Virus record (IMG/VR): IMGVR_UViG_3300008448_000002
Location: 64,001 to 128,000 of that record
DNA: 64,000 nt
DNA from: a virus
Strand: one strand, 5' to 3'
Part shown: positions 26,110 through 35,475 of the stretch, in pieces
Position numbering within the stretch: position 1 is the first letter of the stretch
Layout of the letters: each line of letters starts with the position of its first letter
The notes under the pieces: model-generated
Told to the model about the DNA's origin: nothing
Seen by the model: the letters and a program-made list of their open reading frames with translations, nothing else
Databases searched by the model: none
Program-made: the position numbers and the translations under genes

Positions 26110-26796
26110 CTAAGTCCATAAATCTGTCCTAATTTTAGCTAATCTTCCAAACATATAATCATCTTCCAATCTATATACATCTTCTATTATATGAAATGTG
26201 TTGTACATTTCTGTTTCTTCTTTGCTTTTCAACCTATTAATGAATAAATCTATAGGTTTTTCTCTCTTTTTGTATATTTCGACTGCTTTTGGGCAATCAT
26301 ATACTGAAATTCGCTTTAATCTGTAATTTTTCCACCAATAATATAATTCAAGTATTTCTCTGGCAGATTCGCCACGGGTCATTCCAGTCAATGTTGATTG
26401 CTGATTATCATCATCCTCCATTTGTTCTATAAGACTTGCTACTCCATTAATAGATGCCTTGCTTTTATCTTCCCAACCCAATTCCTTCTCGACAAAATCA
26501 ATCAATAAATTGAAATTGGCATATAATAACATTTCTGGTTTATCGCAATATCCTGGTTTCATACCAGTTCTAATCACATGATATCTGTCTGTGGTTCTAT
26601 ATTTAATCCACCATAAAGGGTCAGTTATTAATATTCTCTTATAAAGATAAAGAAAATCAATTAATGTTTCGTTTGTAAAGTATTTTATGGGATGCGCTCT
26701 TTTTGTATTAACTCTCCAATCATACCAACCCTGTGATGTCAGAGAGCGGGGTTTTTCAAGGATTAAAAGTTTTTTAATTTTTTGATAAATAGTCAT
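26110..26796 (-). CDS. Hypothetical protein
   Basis: ORF track; 228 aa. Confidence 0.65.
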   Translation of the reverse strand: MTIYQKIKKLLILEKPRSLTSQGWYDWRVNTKRAHPIKYFTNETLIDFLYLYKRILITDPLWWIKYRTTDRYHVIRTGMKPGYCDKPEMLLYANFNLLIDFVEKELGWEDKSKASINGVASLIEQMEDDDNQQSTLTGMTRGESAREILELYYWWKNYRLKRISVYDCPKAVEIYKKREKPIDLFINRLKSKEETEMYNTFHIIEDVYRLEDDYMFGRLAKIRTDLWT

Positions 26797-26810
26797 AAAG
26801 TGAGGTTTTA

Positions 26811-27218
26811 ATGTTTTCTCTTATATCTAGTTTCCTACCTATATTTAGAAATCCTACATTTATTTTATCTGCTATACTTATTTTAGCATTAGTTATATTC
26901 TATATACATTATAGCAACTTAAAGTCTGATTTACAAGAAAAAAATAAAGAAATTGGACAATTAACCTCAACCTTAGCTCAAAAAGAATCCATTATACTCA
27001 ATCTACAAGAGCAAAATACTAAAATGAAACTGTTAAATGAGGAATATACAAAAAATATAAAGAAAATACAAGATAATTCAAATGAAGTTAAGAAAACAAT
27101 AATTAAAAGAAATTATAAAGAAGAATCTAAAAAGACAAATAATCTTACACTGTTTCAAGATGCTATCAATGTAGAAAGCAACAGAATGTTAAAAGAATTA
27201 GAGGAATCAACTCAATGA
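26811..27218 (+). CDS. Probable inner-membrane spanin (Rz-like)
   Basis: Single N-terminal TM helix followed by a long coiled coil; overlaps a lipoprotein gene. Confidence 0.7.
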   Translation: MFSLISSFLPIFRNPTFILSAILILALVIFYIHYSNLKSDLQEKNKEIGQLTSTLAQKESIILNLQEQNTKMKLLNEEYTKNIKKIQDNSNEVKKTIIKRNYKEESKKTNNLTLFQDAINVESNRMLKELEESTQ

Positions 27219-27517
27219 AATATTTTATTCTAATATCACTTCTTTTTCTACCATCTTGTATTTTTTCTACCAAAAGCAATCCTCCAGTTGTTTATCAACC
27301 AGTAAAAATAGAAATTGTGCCGCCCACTGTTCAACCGATAACTCAAATACCTTTATCATGGACTGTATTTGAAGATTCAACTAAAGAACTTAATTTTTGT
27401 TTGAAAGAAGATGAATACAAAAATAATCAACTAAACAATCAAGAATTAAAGCGGTATATTCTCGGACAAAAAGAAGTTATAACTTTCTATCAAAAAATAA
27501 CAGACAATCAAAAATAA
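27215..27517 (+). CDS. Probable outer-membrane lipoprotein spanin (Rz1-like)
   Basis: Signal peptide MKYFILISLLFLPS-C lipobox; Pro-rich segment. Confidence 0.7.
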   Translation: MKYFILISLLFLPSCIFSTKSNPPVVYQPVKIEIVPPTVQPITQIPLSWTVFEDSTKELNFCLKEDEYKNNQLNNQELKRYILGQKEVITFYQKITDNQK

Positions 27518-27580
27518 AAGTTTGACAGTTAATAATAATCCTGTATAGTGATATTAATATCATACAAAAGAGGATTTTGA

Positions 27581-29812
27581 ATGTCAAGAAATATACAAGA
27601 ACTGGTACTATTAGACAACATTGTCATAGGTTTAGTAAATAAACACAGACATTCCTACATTACCACTGAGCATTATCTATATGCTTTGTTACTTTCAGAC
27701 GCAAGTGTTGAAAACTTTTTTGAAAGCATCAATGTAGATAAATCGGATATAATACAAGAATTAGAAGAATTATTTACTATGCCAGTATTTGGTGAATTAC
27801 CCTTTGATTCTACGAGACATAAAGTAAGTCTTGATATTATAGCATCAAGTGTTGTAAAAAACGTAATACATCTAACGTCATTATCAAAAAAATATAATTC
27901 ACTGCGGTGGTTAGAAGAAATTGTAGAATTAGAGCCAACTTATAGTCATGCCAGTTATATGTTGGCAAAAAGAAAAATAACTAGAAAATTAATCAATGAT
28001 TATTTAAAAAGCTCATTATATGATAAAGAAGAGTTATCACCAGAATTATTAAAAGTATTGAATACTTATTGTGTTAATATCAACAAAAGAGCTAAAGAAA
28101 ATAAAATTGATGCGTTGGTTGGTAGAAAAGATGAGATACAAGAATTATCAGAGATTTTACTAAGACGAGTTAAAAATAATGCTATCATCACGGGATTACC
28201 AGGAATCGGTAAAACTGCCATTGTTGAGGGATTGGCAGATAGAATTGTCAAAGGAGATGTCCCGAAACTATTAAAAGATAAAATAATCTGGTCTTTAGAT
28301 TTAACATCCTTAATCGCTGGAACAAAATACAGAGGTGAGGCAGAGGAAAGAATTAGTGATATTTTAAAGATTTTCAAGCAAAAAGAAAATTATATTCTTT
28401 TTATTGATGAAATTCATATGATGGTGGGTGCTGGGACATCAAGTGATAAATCTATGGATTTATCTAACATGTTAAAGCCGGCACTTGCCAGAGGTCATTT
28501 GAGATTGATTGGGGCAACAACCGAAGAGGAATATCGAAAACATATTGAAAAAGATTCTGCTCTTGTAAGAAGATTCAAGGTTATTAATGTGGAAGAGCCG
28601 TCTATTGAGGAGGCAAAACTAATTATTAAAGACCTAAAAAAATATTATGAAGAATTTCATAAAGTTGTCTATACTGATGAAATTGTGGATGAAATCGTTG
28701 AATTAACCAGCAAGTATATAACAGATAGATATTTACCCGACAAGGCAATTGACGTTATTGATAGTTGCGGGGCAAGACAGCAAACTATGGATGATAAGAA
28801 AATAATTAATATTTCCTCAGAAATGGTAAGAAAACAGATAGAGAAAATATCTAAAATATCATTAGATGTAAAAGAAGAGGAATCAACAAATATTGAAAAA
28901 CTTGAAGAAAATATAAAATCAGTTGTTTTTGGTCAGGATAATGCTATTGAAAAGGTTGTAAATTCTGTATATCTGGCTAAATCAGGACTAAATGATTCCG
29001 ATAAACCCTTATCAACATATTTACTGGCTGGACCAACGGGAACTGGAAAAACAAGTTTGGCAGTAGAATTAGCAAAAAATCTTAATATTCCCTTAGTAAA
29101 GTTTGACATGAGTGAATATCAAGAACCACATTCTGTATCTAAATTGATTGGCTCTCCTCCTGGATATGTTGGATATGAAGATGGTGCGGCTGGCGATGGA
29201 TTATTAATTAACAAAATACAACAACATCCTAATTGTTTGTTATTATTAGATGAAATTGAAAAGGCACATAAAAATATTTATGATGTATTCCTACAAGTTA
29301 TGGATAGTGGAAAAGTTACAAGTTCATCGGGAAAATCGGTAAATTGTCAAAATATTATTCTTATGATGACGACTAATGCGGGGGCAACTGAATTGGAGAA
29401 AAACAGTATTGGTTTCTTTAATTCTAAAGATTCATCATCGGACGATGGAGTCATCAATAAAACATTCTCACCAGAGTTTAGAAATAGAATTGATTCTATT
29501 ATAAAGTTCAATAAACTTGATACAAAAGTTATAGTACAGGTTGTTGGTAAATTTGTTCTTGAGTTACAAAATAAATTAAGAGAAAAGAATATCAAACTAA
29601 AGATTGATGAAAAATCCATATTGTGGCTTGCCGAAAATGGATTCGATGATAAAATGGGTGCCAGACCATTAAAAAGACTCATCAATGAAAAAATTAAACA
29701 ACCTTTAAGCAAAGAAATATTATTTGGAGATTTAAAAAATGGTGGAACTACTACTGTAAAGATTAAAAATAATACTATACAACTCATATTTAGAGGGAAA
29801 AATGGACAATAA
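27581..29812 (+). CDS. clpA: ClpA/ClpB-family AAA+ chaperone
   Basis: Clp N-domain (H.YITTEHYL), two AAA modules (GLPGIGKTA, FIDEIH; GPTGTGKT, LLDEIEKAH), FSPEFRNRID, MGARPL. Confidence 0.93.
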   Translation: MSRNIQELVLLDNIVIGLVNKHRHSYITTEHYLYALLLSDASVENFFESINVDKSDIIQELEELFTMPVFGELPFDSTRHKVSLDIIASSVVKNVIHLTSLSKKYNSLRWLEEIVELEPTYSHASYMLAKRKITRKLINDYLKSSLYDKEELSPELLKVLNTYCVNINKRAKENKIDALVGRKDEIQELSEILLRRVKNNAIITGLPGIGKTAIVEGLADRIVKGDVPKLLKDKIIWSLDLTSLIAGTKYRGEAEERISDILKIFKQKENYILFIDEIHMMVGAGTSSDKSMDLSNMLKPALARGHLRLIGATTEEEYRKHIEKDSALVRRFKVINVEEPSIEEAKLIIKDLKKYYEEFHKVVYTDEIVDEIVELTSKYITDRYLPDKAIDVIDSCGARQQTMDDKKIINISSEMVRKQIEKISKISLDVKEEESTNIEKLEENIKSVVFGQDNAIEKVVNSVYLAKSGLNDSDKPLSTYLLAGPTGTGKTSLAVELAKNLNIPLVKFDMSEYQEPHSVSKLIGSPPGYVGYEDGAAGDGLLINKIQQHPNCLLLLDEIEKAHKNIYDVFLQVMDSGKVTSSSGKSVNCQNIILMMTTNAGATELEKNSIGFFNSKDSSSDDGVINKTFSPEFRNRIDSIIKFNKLDTKVIVQVVGKFVLELQNKLREKNIKLKIDEKSILWLAENGFDDKMGARPLKRLINEKIKQPLSKEILFGDLKNGGTTTVKIKNNTIQLIFRGKNGQ

Positions 29813-30140
29813 TTTAGCATTAGAACTATATAAGTATAATTTATTACCAAGACATACAAAGCTGTATGCCAAGTATAAAACAAAAGACGTTGCGGGTAAT
29901 CTTTGTAATATTACAAAAGGATATTTTTCTCTACTTGAAGTATCAATAAAAGACGATAATGTTTTCTTCGTGGTAGAAAATGAACATGATTTAAAACAAG
30001 AAATTATACATAATAGCAATGTTTTAGAGATTGATGGGATGCTTCCTGAACGATACTTGGAAGGAAATATGATATTTAATAAAGCATTTAAAAAACCAGG
30101 AAGAAAGCCAAAATATGGAAAACATATCTCTTTTAATTAA
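29802..30140 (+). CDS. Hypothetical protein
   Basis: ORF track; ends in the basic motif KKPGRKPK. Confidence 0.6.
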   Translation: MDNNLALELYKYNLLPRHTKLYAKYKTKDVAGNLCNITKGYFSLLEVSIKDDNVFFVVENEHDLKQEIIHNSNVLEIDGMLPERYLEGNMIFNKAFKKPGRKPKYGKHISFN

Positions 30141-30699
30141 GAGTCATTCTCACTACAAGAAGATACAAACAATAGAAGAAATCATAGGAATGTCCTTTGA
30201 TTATGATAATTCTCCTTGGTTGGCGGGAGGATACTGTCGTAAAAAATTTTTTAAGATTGGGTTGGGAAAATCTGATATTGATATTTTTGTTAAAAATGAA
30301 GAAACGTACAATAAAATTAATAGAAATCTTATACAAAACTTTGATTTTGTTATCGGCAAAGAAAGTAGATTTGCGATGACATACAACAGTAGATTAAATA
30401 ATATTAATAATATACAACTAATTAAGAAACCATTCCCTACACTAGAAGAATTACTAAATGCGTTCGATTTTACCATGTGTTCTTGTTCGATGGACAAAAC
30501 CAATTATTATTTTGTTAAAAATTTCATAAAAGATAATAAAAATAAGATGTTAATATCTAAAAATATTCTTACTAATTATAATCTATCCAGAATGGCTAAG
30601 TTTATCGAGGAAGGTTTTATGGTATCTGATGAATACGCTAGGAGATTGAATGATTTTTATCAATCAGGTGAAAAAACGGTTTATTTCTATGACCAATAA
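30115..30699 (+). CDS. Nucleotidyltransferase, CCA-adding/poly(A) polymerase head-domain-like (truncated)
   Basis: WLAGG.CR......SDIDIF, IQLI, FDFTMC; lacks the usual tail domains. Confidence 0.7.
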   Translation: MENISLLIKSHSHYKKIQTIEEIIGMSFDYDNSPWLAGGYCRKKFFKIGLGKSDIDIFVKNEETYNKINRNLIQNFDFVIGKESRFAMTYNSRLNNINNIQLIKKPFPTLEELLNAFDFTMCSCSMDKTNYYFVKNFIKDNKNKMLISKNILTNYNLSRMAKFIEEGFMVSDEYARRLNDFYQSGEKTVYFYDQ

Positions 30700-31069
30700 T
30701 ATTTTCATGTATGATTGTGAAATAGATAAATCCAATATAGAAACATTAAGAACAACATCAACTATCATCAACGATAGAATGTTATTATATACTATTAAAC
30801 CAAATGTTACATTAATATTATACAAAGATATATTTTTTACGTTGACGGAAGTATTTTATTTTTTTTCTGGAAATAGTTCTTTTTTTATTGAACCCTATAA
30901 GAAAATGATGAAATACAACAAGAAAATATCAAATCATAATTGTGAACACATTTCTAGTGTTTTTTGTGAGTTTATAAATAGATATTTGGATTTGGCAAGT
31001 TTCGTTGCCGAATATAATGAGATTTTGATAAATAGTAATTATGGTACAAAGTGTAATATTACTCCCTAG
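30689..31069 (+). CDS. Hypothetical protein (start uncertain; track gives 30650)
   Basis: ORF track; ATG at 30689 overlaps the upstream stop. Confidence 0.5.
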   Translation: MTNNIFMYDCEIDKSNIETLRTTSTIINDRMLLYTIKPNVTLILYKDIFFTLTEVFYFFSGNSSFFIEPYKKMMKYNKKISNHNCEHISSVFCEFINRYLDLASFVAEYNEILINSNYGTKCNITP

Positions 31070-31454
31070 TTCAACTGGCGCATTAAATGTAGAAGGTTCT
31101 CCTGTTGCCGCCGATGGTTTTTATGGTAACACGGATGGTTTACATACCATTGCTATATATGTACAAAATTTCACGGGAAGAGTTTATTTAGAGGCAACTT
31201 TGAGTTCAACACCTACAAGCGAAGACTGGTTTAATTTACCTTTATCGCAAGTTGGGTATTTACAATATCCTATTAATCCATCAAACCCAACGGGAAGCAA
31301 CAATGGTGATACTGGTGTAAAATCATTTACATTTAAGATTAATGCTATATATTTAAGAATGAGAATAGATAGAAACTATTTGCCTGTTTTACCACAAAAC
31401 CCACAAGATTTGGCATTATTAGGAATAGTTAGAAAAGTTTTATTAAGCCGTTAA
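31041..31454 (+). CDS. Probable virion structural protein
   Basis: Late promoter GATAAATA at 31027-31034; GDGFYG.TDGLHT...F.GR...EATL...P..EDWF pattern; sits upstream of the fibre genes. Confidence 0.6.
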   Translation: MVQSVILLPSSTGALNVEGSPVAADGFYGNTDGLHTIAIYVQNFTGRVYLEATLSSTPTSEDWFNLPLSQVGYLQYPINPSNPTGSNNGDTGVKSFTFKINAIYLRMRIDRNYLPVLPQNPQDLALLGIVRKVLLSR

Positions 31455-31502
31455 AAAAACATAAATAGTCTATGAATAACATTCATAGGAAACTATTTAA
31501 AA

Positions 31503-34500
31503 ATGGCTCAGTTAAGACCCAAACAATTAAAATTTACAGCACAAGGTGATATATTAATAGGTGGTTCAACGGGAACTAGCACCATATTAGCTCTTGGAAC
31601 TAATGGACAAATATTAAAATCTAATGGAACATCCCTTGTTTATGCTACCAATAATGCGACAGGTGTAATAAATGATAGTGCTGTAACAGGTGCTACTGTA
31701 AAAGATGCCCTTAATAATTTACAAATTGCTATTGGTTCTGGGGGTTCTGTTGATTTAACTACCGCAACTCTTGAAGCTAGTAAAAGTAATGCCACTTTAC
31801 CTTTAATCAATTATCTCACACCTAAGTTTAATCCAGCAAACTATACTGGATTTGTTGGTGATGGTGTATCTAGTGACCAAACAGCGATTGATTCAATGAT
31901 GGCAGATATTGATGCCATAGCCACAACTAAAAAGTTTATTTGTATCGAAATGCCTTCTGATAGACCAGTCAGAGGACAGATAAAGAAATTATTGGCTGGC
32001 GGCAGCGATTTCTGGAGAAATGTATACATTGAGGGAAATAACTCTGAATTAATTGGAAACACAAAACCAGCCACACTAGGTGGAGAATCCCCTTTGGCTG
32101 GTGATGGTATTCTACATTTTCAGGGAATAGATGGTTTAACCATCGAAAATCTAAAAGTAAATGGACTATGTTATAATGGTATAGCGACATTAACACAAAC
32201 GGCAGGAGTTGCTACTTGTACGACAACGGAAACTCACAATCTCGTTACAGGTGATTATATTGCCATAATGGATGTAATAACAGATAGCACAAGCAATCCA
32301 GTACAAAGAATGAGAGATGAAACTTATAATGGGGCTAAGTTTATTACTGTAACGGGAGCAACGACCTTTACTTACCCTGTACATCCTAGTGCCTCGGCAA
32401 CCCCAATTATAACTTCTGGAAAATGTACATTTAAAACAACACAGTTTGGTGGAGATAATATTAGATTAGTTTCGTGTACTCGTGTTTTAATGAATAACAT
32501 TGATACTCGCCATAGTAACGACCATGCTATATATTTTGTTAGTACAACTAATACCGCCAACACGTCTGATGGAACTTTAACATTAACCGATAACAACGTA
32601 GTTTTAAATAACTTATATGTAGAGAATTGTACACAGACATCTTCAACTCCATCTGGTGTTAGAGAAATGGTGTGGAACAATATACAAGCAAGATTTTTTA
32701 GAGGTGGAGCAGTAAAATTCGCATCACACTTGTTAAACGGTGAAACCATCATTAACAACCTACAATGTTTTGATTTTTCTAACGTAGGAAACGGAACAAC
32801 ACCTAATGGATTGATTTTAGAAGGAAACCAAAGATTCTACTTGAATGGTTTTAATTTCTACAGAGCTGGTGGAATCATTTTATTACCAAACCCAACATCG
32901 GGAAGAATTGGTCAAAGAACATTAAAAGATATTACTATTCAGAGTGGTGCTATTACAGATTGCGGATATTGTTACACACAGGGTTCTGTAAAACGGGCAG
33001 AACAACATTCTGTTATTATTGGAGATAATGCCGTAACTATTGGTAATGATTCTATTAGAAACATCACGGTAAGAGATGTTGAGATTTTAAGACCCTACGG
33101 TAAAGGGTATCAGATTGGTAATAACAATGCCGGTTCTTTTGTAAATATTAATGTGATTGGTGGGTCAATCACCGAACCAGCATTACAAGCGTTAGATATA
33201 GCTGCGCGAAATTCAACTGGTGTTGTCATTAAAGATATGATTATCGAGAAAACTTCACCAAACATTTTAGTAAATAACTGGGTAACAGGAACATCTTATT
33301 CACAGGGTGATGTTGTCTATGTATCAACCACAAGAACATACTTCAGAAAAAGTAATTCTGGCACAGCTACATCTACAATTGAACCCCCACAATTCAACGG
33401 GAACGCATTAAGTGATGGTTGTGCGTGGAAAAACCTTGGTGAAAACTCTGTAATTTTGTTTGGACCAAGAGAAGGAACAGCAACAGATTTTTCTGATGAT
33501 GCTATAATCAAAGGAAACATTGTAAAGCAGTGGTCTTCTGGTAGCGGAATAGATTTTACAAAAGTTAGAAGATTAACCGTTGAAGGTAATATTCTTAATA
33601 AAGTAGGACATTTTTCTATAAACTGTTCATCTTCAACAGATAGCATAGTAAGAAATAATACGGTTAGTGGTGCTGGAACTAATCCGCTTAACTCTGGAAA
33701 CAACATTAATATGCTTGTTGAAGGAAACTATTTAGATGTGAATAACCAAAATAGAAATGCCGCCAACTTTAATAATGAAGACGGTATTACTTTTATAAAC
33801 AATATCATGGCAAACTCTACTCAAACGACATCTGCCTTGGGCACAACATTAACCAATATAAGACGATTTAAGGCATACAATAATACTGGTGTTAATTGCG
33901 CGGCAGATGATACTTTATATCCATTTATGCCAGCGAGAAGAAGAAACATTGATGATTCTTTCTTATCTTATCAACATAAATCAGGACTTTCTAATAACGA
34001 CCCTATCTTTTTAACCGCAGGGGCAACTATAACTAACAAAACCCCTACTAGTGGTAGGTCATCTTCTGTTTATGTAACAGAAAGTGGATACAACGCTAGA
34101 AATAGTATGTCTGCCAATTTATCCGCTACTGGATTATCTGGGGCATATTTCAATCCTAATGTGTTTACTTCTGGGGCATTTACAGGAGCGGCAACCGCAT
34201 GGAACTGGACAGGAAAAACTCCTGTTTATCAGATTGTTGGAAATAATGGTGCTGGAACACCAGTAAGTGGGGCAACGACAGTTACTACAGACTTAATGGG
34301 TATACCAGACGGGGCAACTATTAACTCTTGTGGACACTGGACATGGATTTCATGGAATGACTTCGGTTATTCATTAATGGCAAATGGACAATCGGTTGGA
34401 TATGAAACAGGAAAAGCAGCGGATTTAAATGTCAATGCTAGGGCATCTGGCACAGTAATTACCGCAATGTCATATGATAGTGGCACAGGGGTTGTCACTT

Positions 34501-35375
34501 GTACGGCAGTGGGACATGAGCTAACTAACGGAGAAAGATACACCATAGCAAGAACCTATCCAACGACATTTCAGGTAAATGCCGATTCAAATACCGATGG
34601 AGTAAAGGATTCAAATCCAGTCACGGTAATTGATGCCGATACATTCACTTATACAGTCGCAACGGGACTAACAAGCCCTGTAATGGGTATCGTGTTAATT
34701 CGCTCAAATGGAACATATCAAGGAAATTGTTCAATTACAAGTGTTGGAACACTGGCAACAATGACCGTTACATCGCATGGTTTATCTACAGGAAATTTAA
34801 TATCTGTAAGAATGGCAACTGATACTGTCTACAACGTCACGGGCGTTACTTGTACAGTCGTTGACGCAAATACAATAACATACACCATGGCTACTACACC
34901 AGCTTCAGGAACAGCAGTTGTAAACGAAAGACTTGTTGTTTTCGGAATGTATTGGTCTGAAGCGCACAACACAAGAACAGTTGGGGCAGGTGGATTCGTA
35001 AAACCAAAAACTAGAGGGATTCCTTGGGGAGACTACTTTGTTGAGTTTTATGGAAAAAGAGCTGATGTTGAACGTCTAGGTGTTTTACCATTTAAAACAC
35101 TTCTAACTCTTACACCAGGAAATATAGCATCTGGGTCTACTTTTGTATCACCATCACAGACATTATCTGGAATAACATCAAGAATGATTGGTAGAGCTAC
35201 TAGCATGACTACAAACAATGCTGGACTTGAGGCAAGAGTTGTTATTGTTGGTAATAATAGTTATCAATTGGTTTTGTATAATCCAACGGCAACAAATATC
35301 ACACCAGGAACATTAACATACAATATTGAAGTTTACAATACACTTCCTTGGTCTTCTACAGAAAGCGTTGTTTAA
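31503..35375 (+). CDS. Tail fibre/spike with a parallel beta-helix (pectin-lyase-like depolymerase)
   Basis: GDGVSSD motif, PbH1-like repeats (IIKGNIV, TVEGNIL, VRNNTV), three T..H.L.TG small-domain repeats; late promoter upstream. Confidence 0.8.
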   Translation: MAQLRPKQLKFTAQGDILIGGSTGTSTILALGTNGQILKSNGTSLVYATNNATGVINDSAVTGATVKDALNNLQIAIGSGGSVDLTTATLEASKSNATLPLINYLTPKFNPANYTGFVGDGVSSDQTAIDSMMADIDAIATTKKFICIEMPSDRPVRGQIKKLLAGGSDFWRNVYIEGNNSELIGNTKPATLGGESPLAGDGILHFQGIDGLTIENLKVNGLCYNGIATLTQTAGVATCTTTETHNLVTGDYIAIMDVITDSTSNPVQRMRDETYNGAKFITVTGATTFTYPVHPSASATPIITSGKCTFKTTQFGGDNIRLVSCTRVLMNNIDTRHSNDHAIYFVSTTNTANTSDGTLTLTDNNVVLNNLYVENCTQTSSTPSGVREMVWNNIQARFFRGGAVKFASHLLNGETIINNLQCFDFSNVGNGTTPNGLILEGNQRFYLNGFNFYRAGGIILLPNPTSGRIGQRTLKDITIQSGAITDCGYCYTQGSVKRAEQHSVIIGDNAVTIGNDSIRNITVRDVEILRPYGKGYQIGNNNAGSFVNINVIGGSITEPALQALDIAARNSTGVVIKDMIIEKTSPNILVNNWVTGTSYSQGDVVYVSTTRTYFRKSNSGTATSTIEPPQFNGNALSDGCAWKNLGENSVILFGPREGTATDFSDDAIIKGNIVKQWSSGSGIDFTKVRRLTVEGNILNKVGHFSINCSSSTDSIVRNNTVSGAGTNPLNSGNNINMLVEGNYLDVNNQNRNAANFNNEDGITFINNIMANSTQTTSALGTTLTNIRRFKAYNNTGVNCAADDTLYPFMPARRRNIDDSFLSYQHKSGLSNNDPIFLTAGATITNKTPTSGRSSSVYVTESGYNARNSMSANLSATGLSGAYFNPNVFTSGAFTGAATAWNWTGKTPVYQIVGNNGAGTPVSGATTVTTDLMGIPDGATINSCGHWTWISWNDFGYSLMANGQSVGYETGKAADLNVNARASGTVITAMSYDSGTGVVTCTAVGHELTNGERYTIARTYPTTFQVNADSNTDGVKDSNPVTVIDADTFTYTVATGLTSPVMGIVLIRSNGTYQGNCSITSVGTLATMTVTSHGLSTGNLISVRMATDTVYNVTGVTCTVVDANTITYTMATTPASGTAVVNERLVVFGMYWSEAHNTRTVGAGGFVKPKTRGIPWGDYFVEFYGKRADVERLGVLPFKTLLTLTPGNIASGSTFVSPSQTLSGITSRMIGRATSMTTNNAGLEARVVIVGNNSYQLVLYNPTATNITPGTLTYNIEVYNTLPWSSTESVV
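31584..31633 (+). repeat. 50-bp perfect direct repeat shared with 35557-35606 in the two fibre N-termini
   Basis: ATATTAGCTCTTGGAACTAATGGACAAATATTAAAATCTAATGGAACATC is present in both genes. Confidence 0.9.
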
Positions 35376-35475
35376 TATATGATTATAATAAAGAAATTAA
35401 CGGATAAAGCATATAATATATATAAAATTGTAATAAAATACTTTAAACTTATTAAAAACAAAGGAACATCATAAA

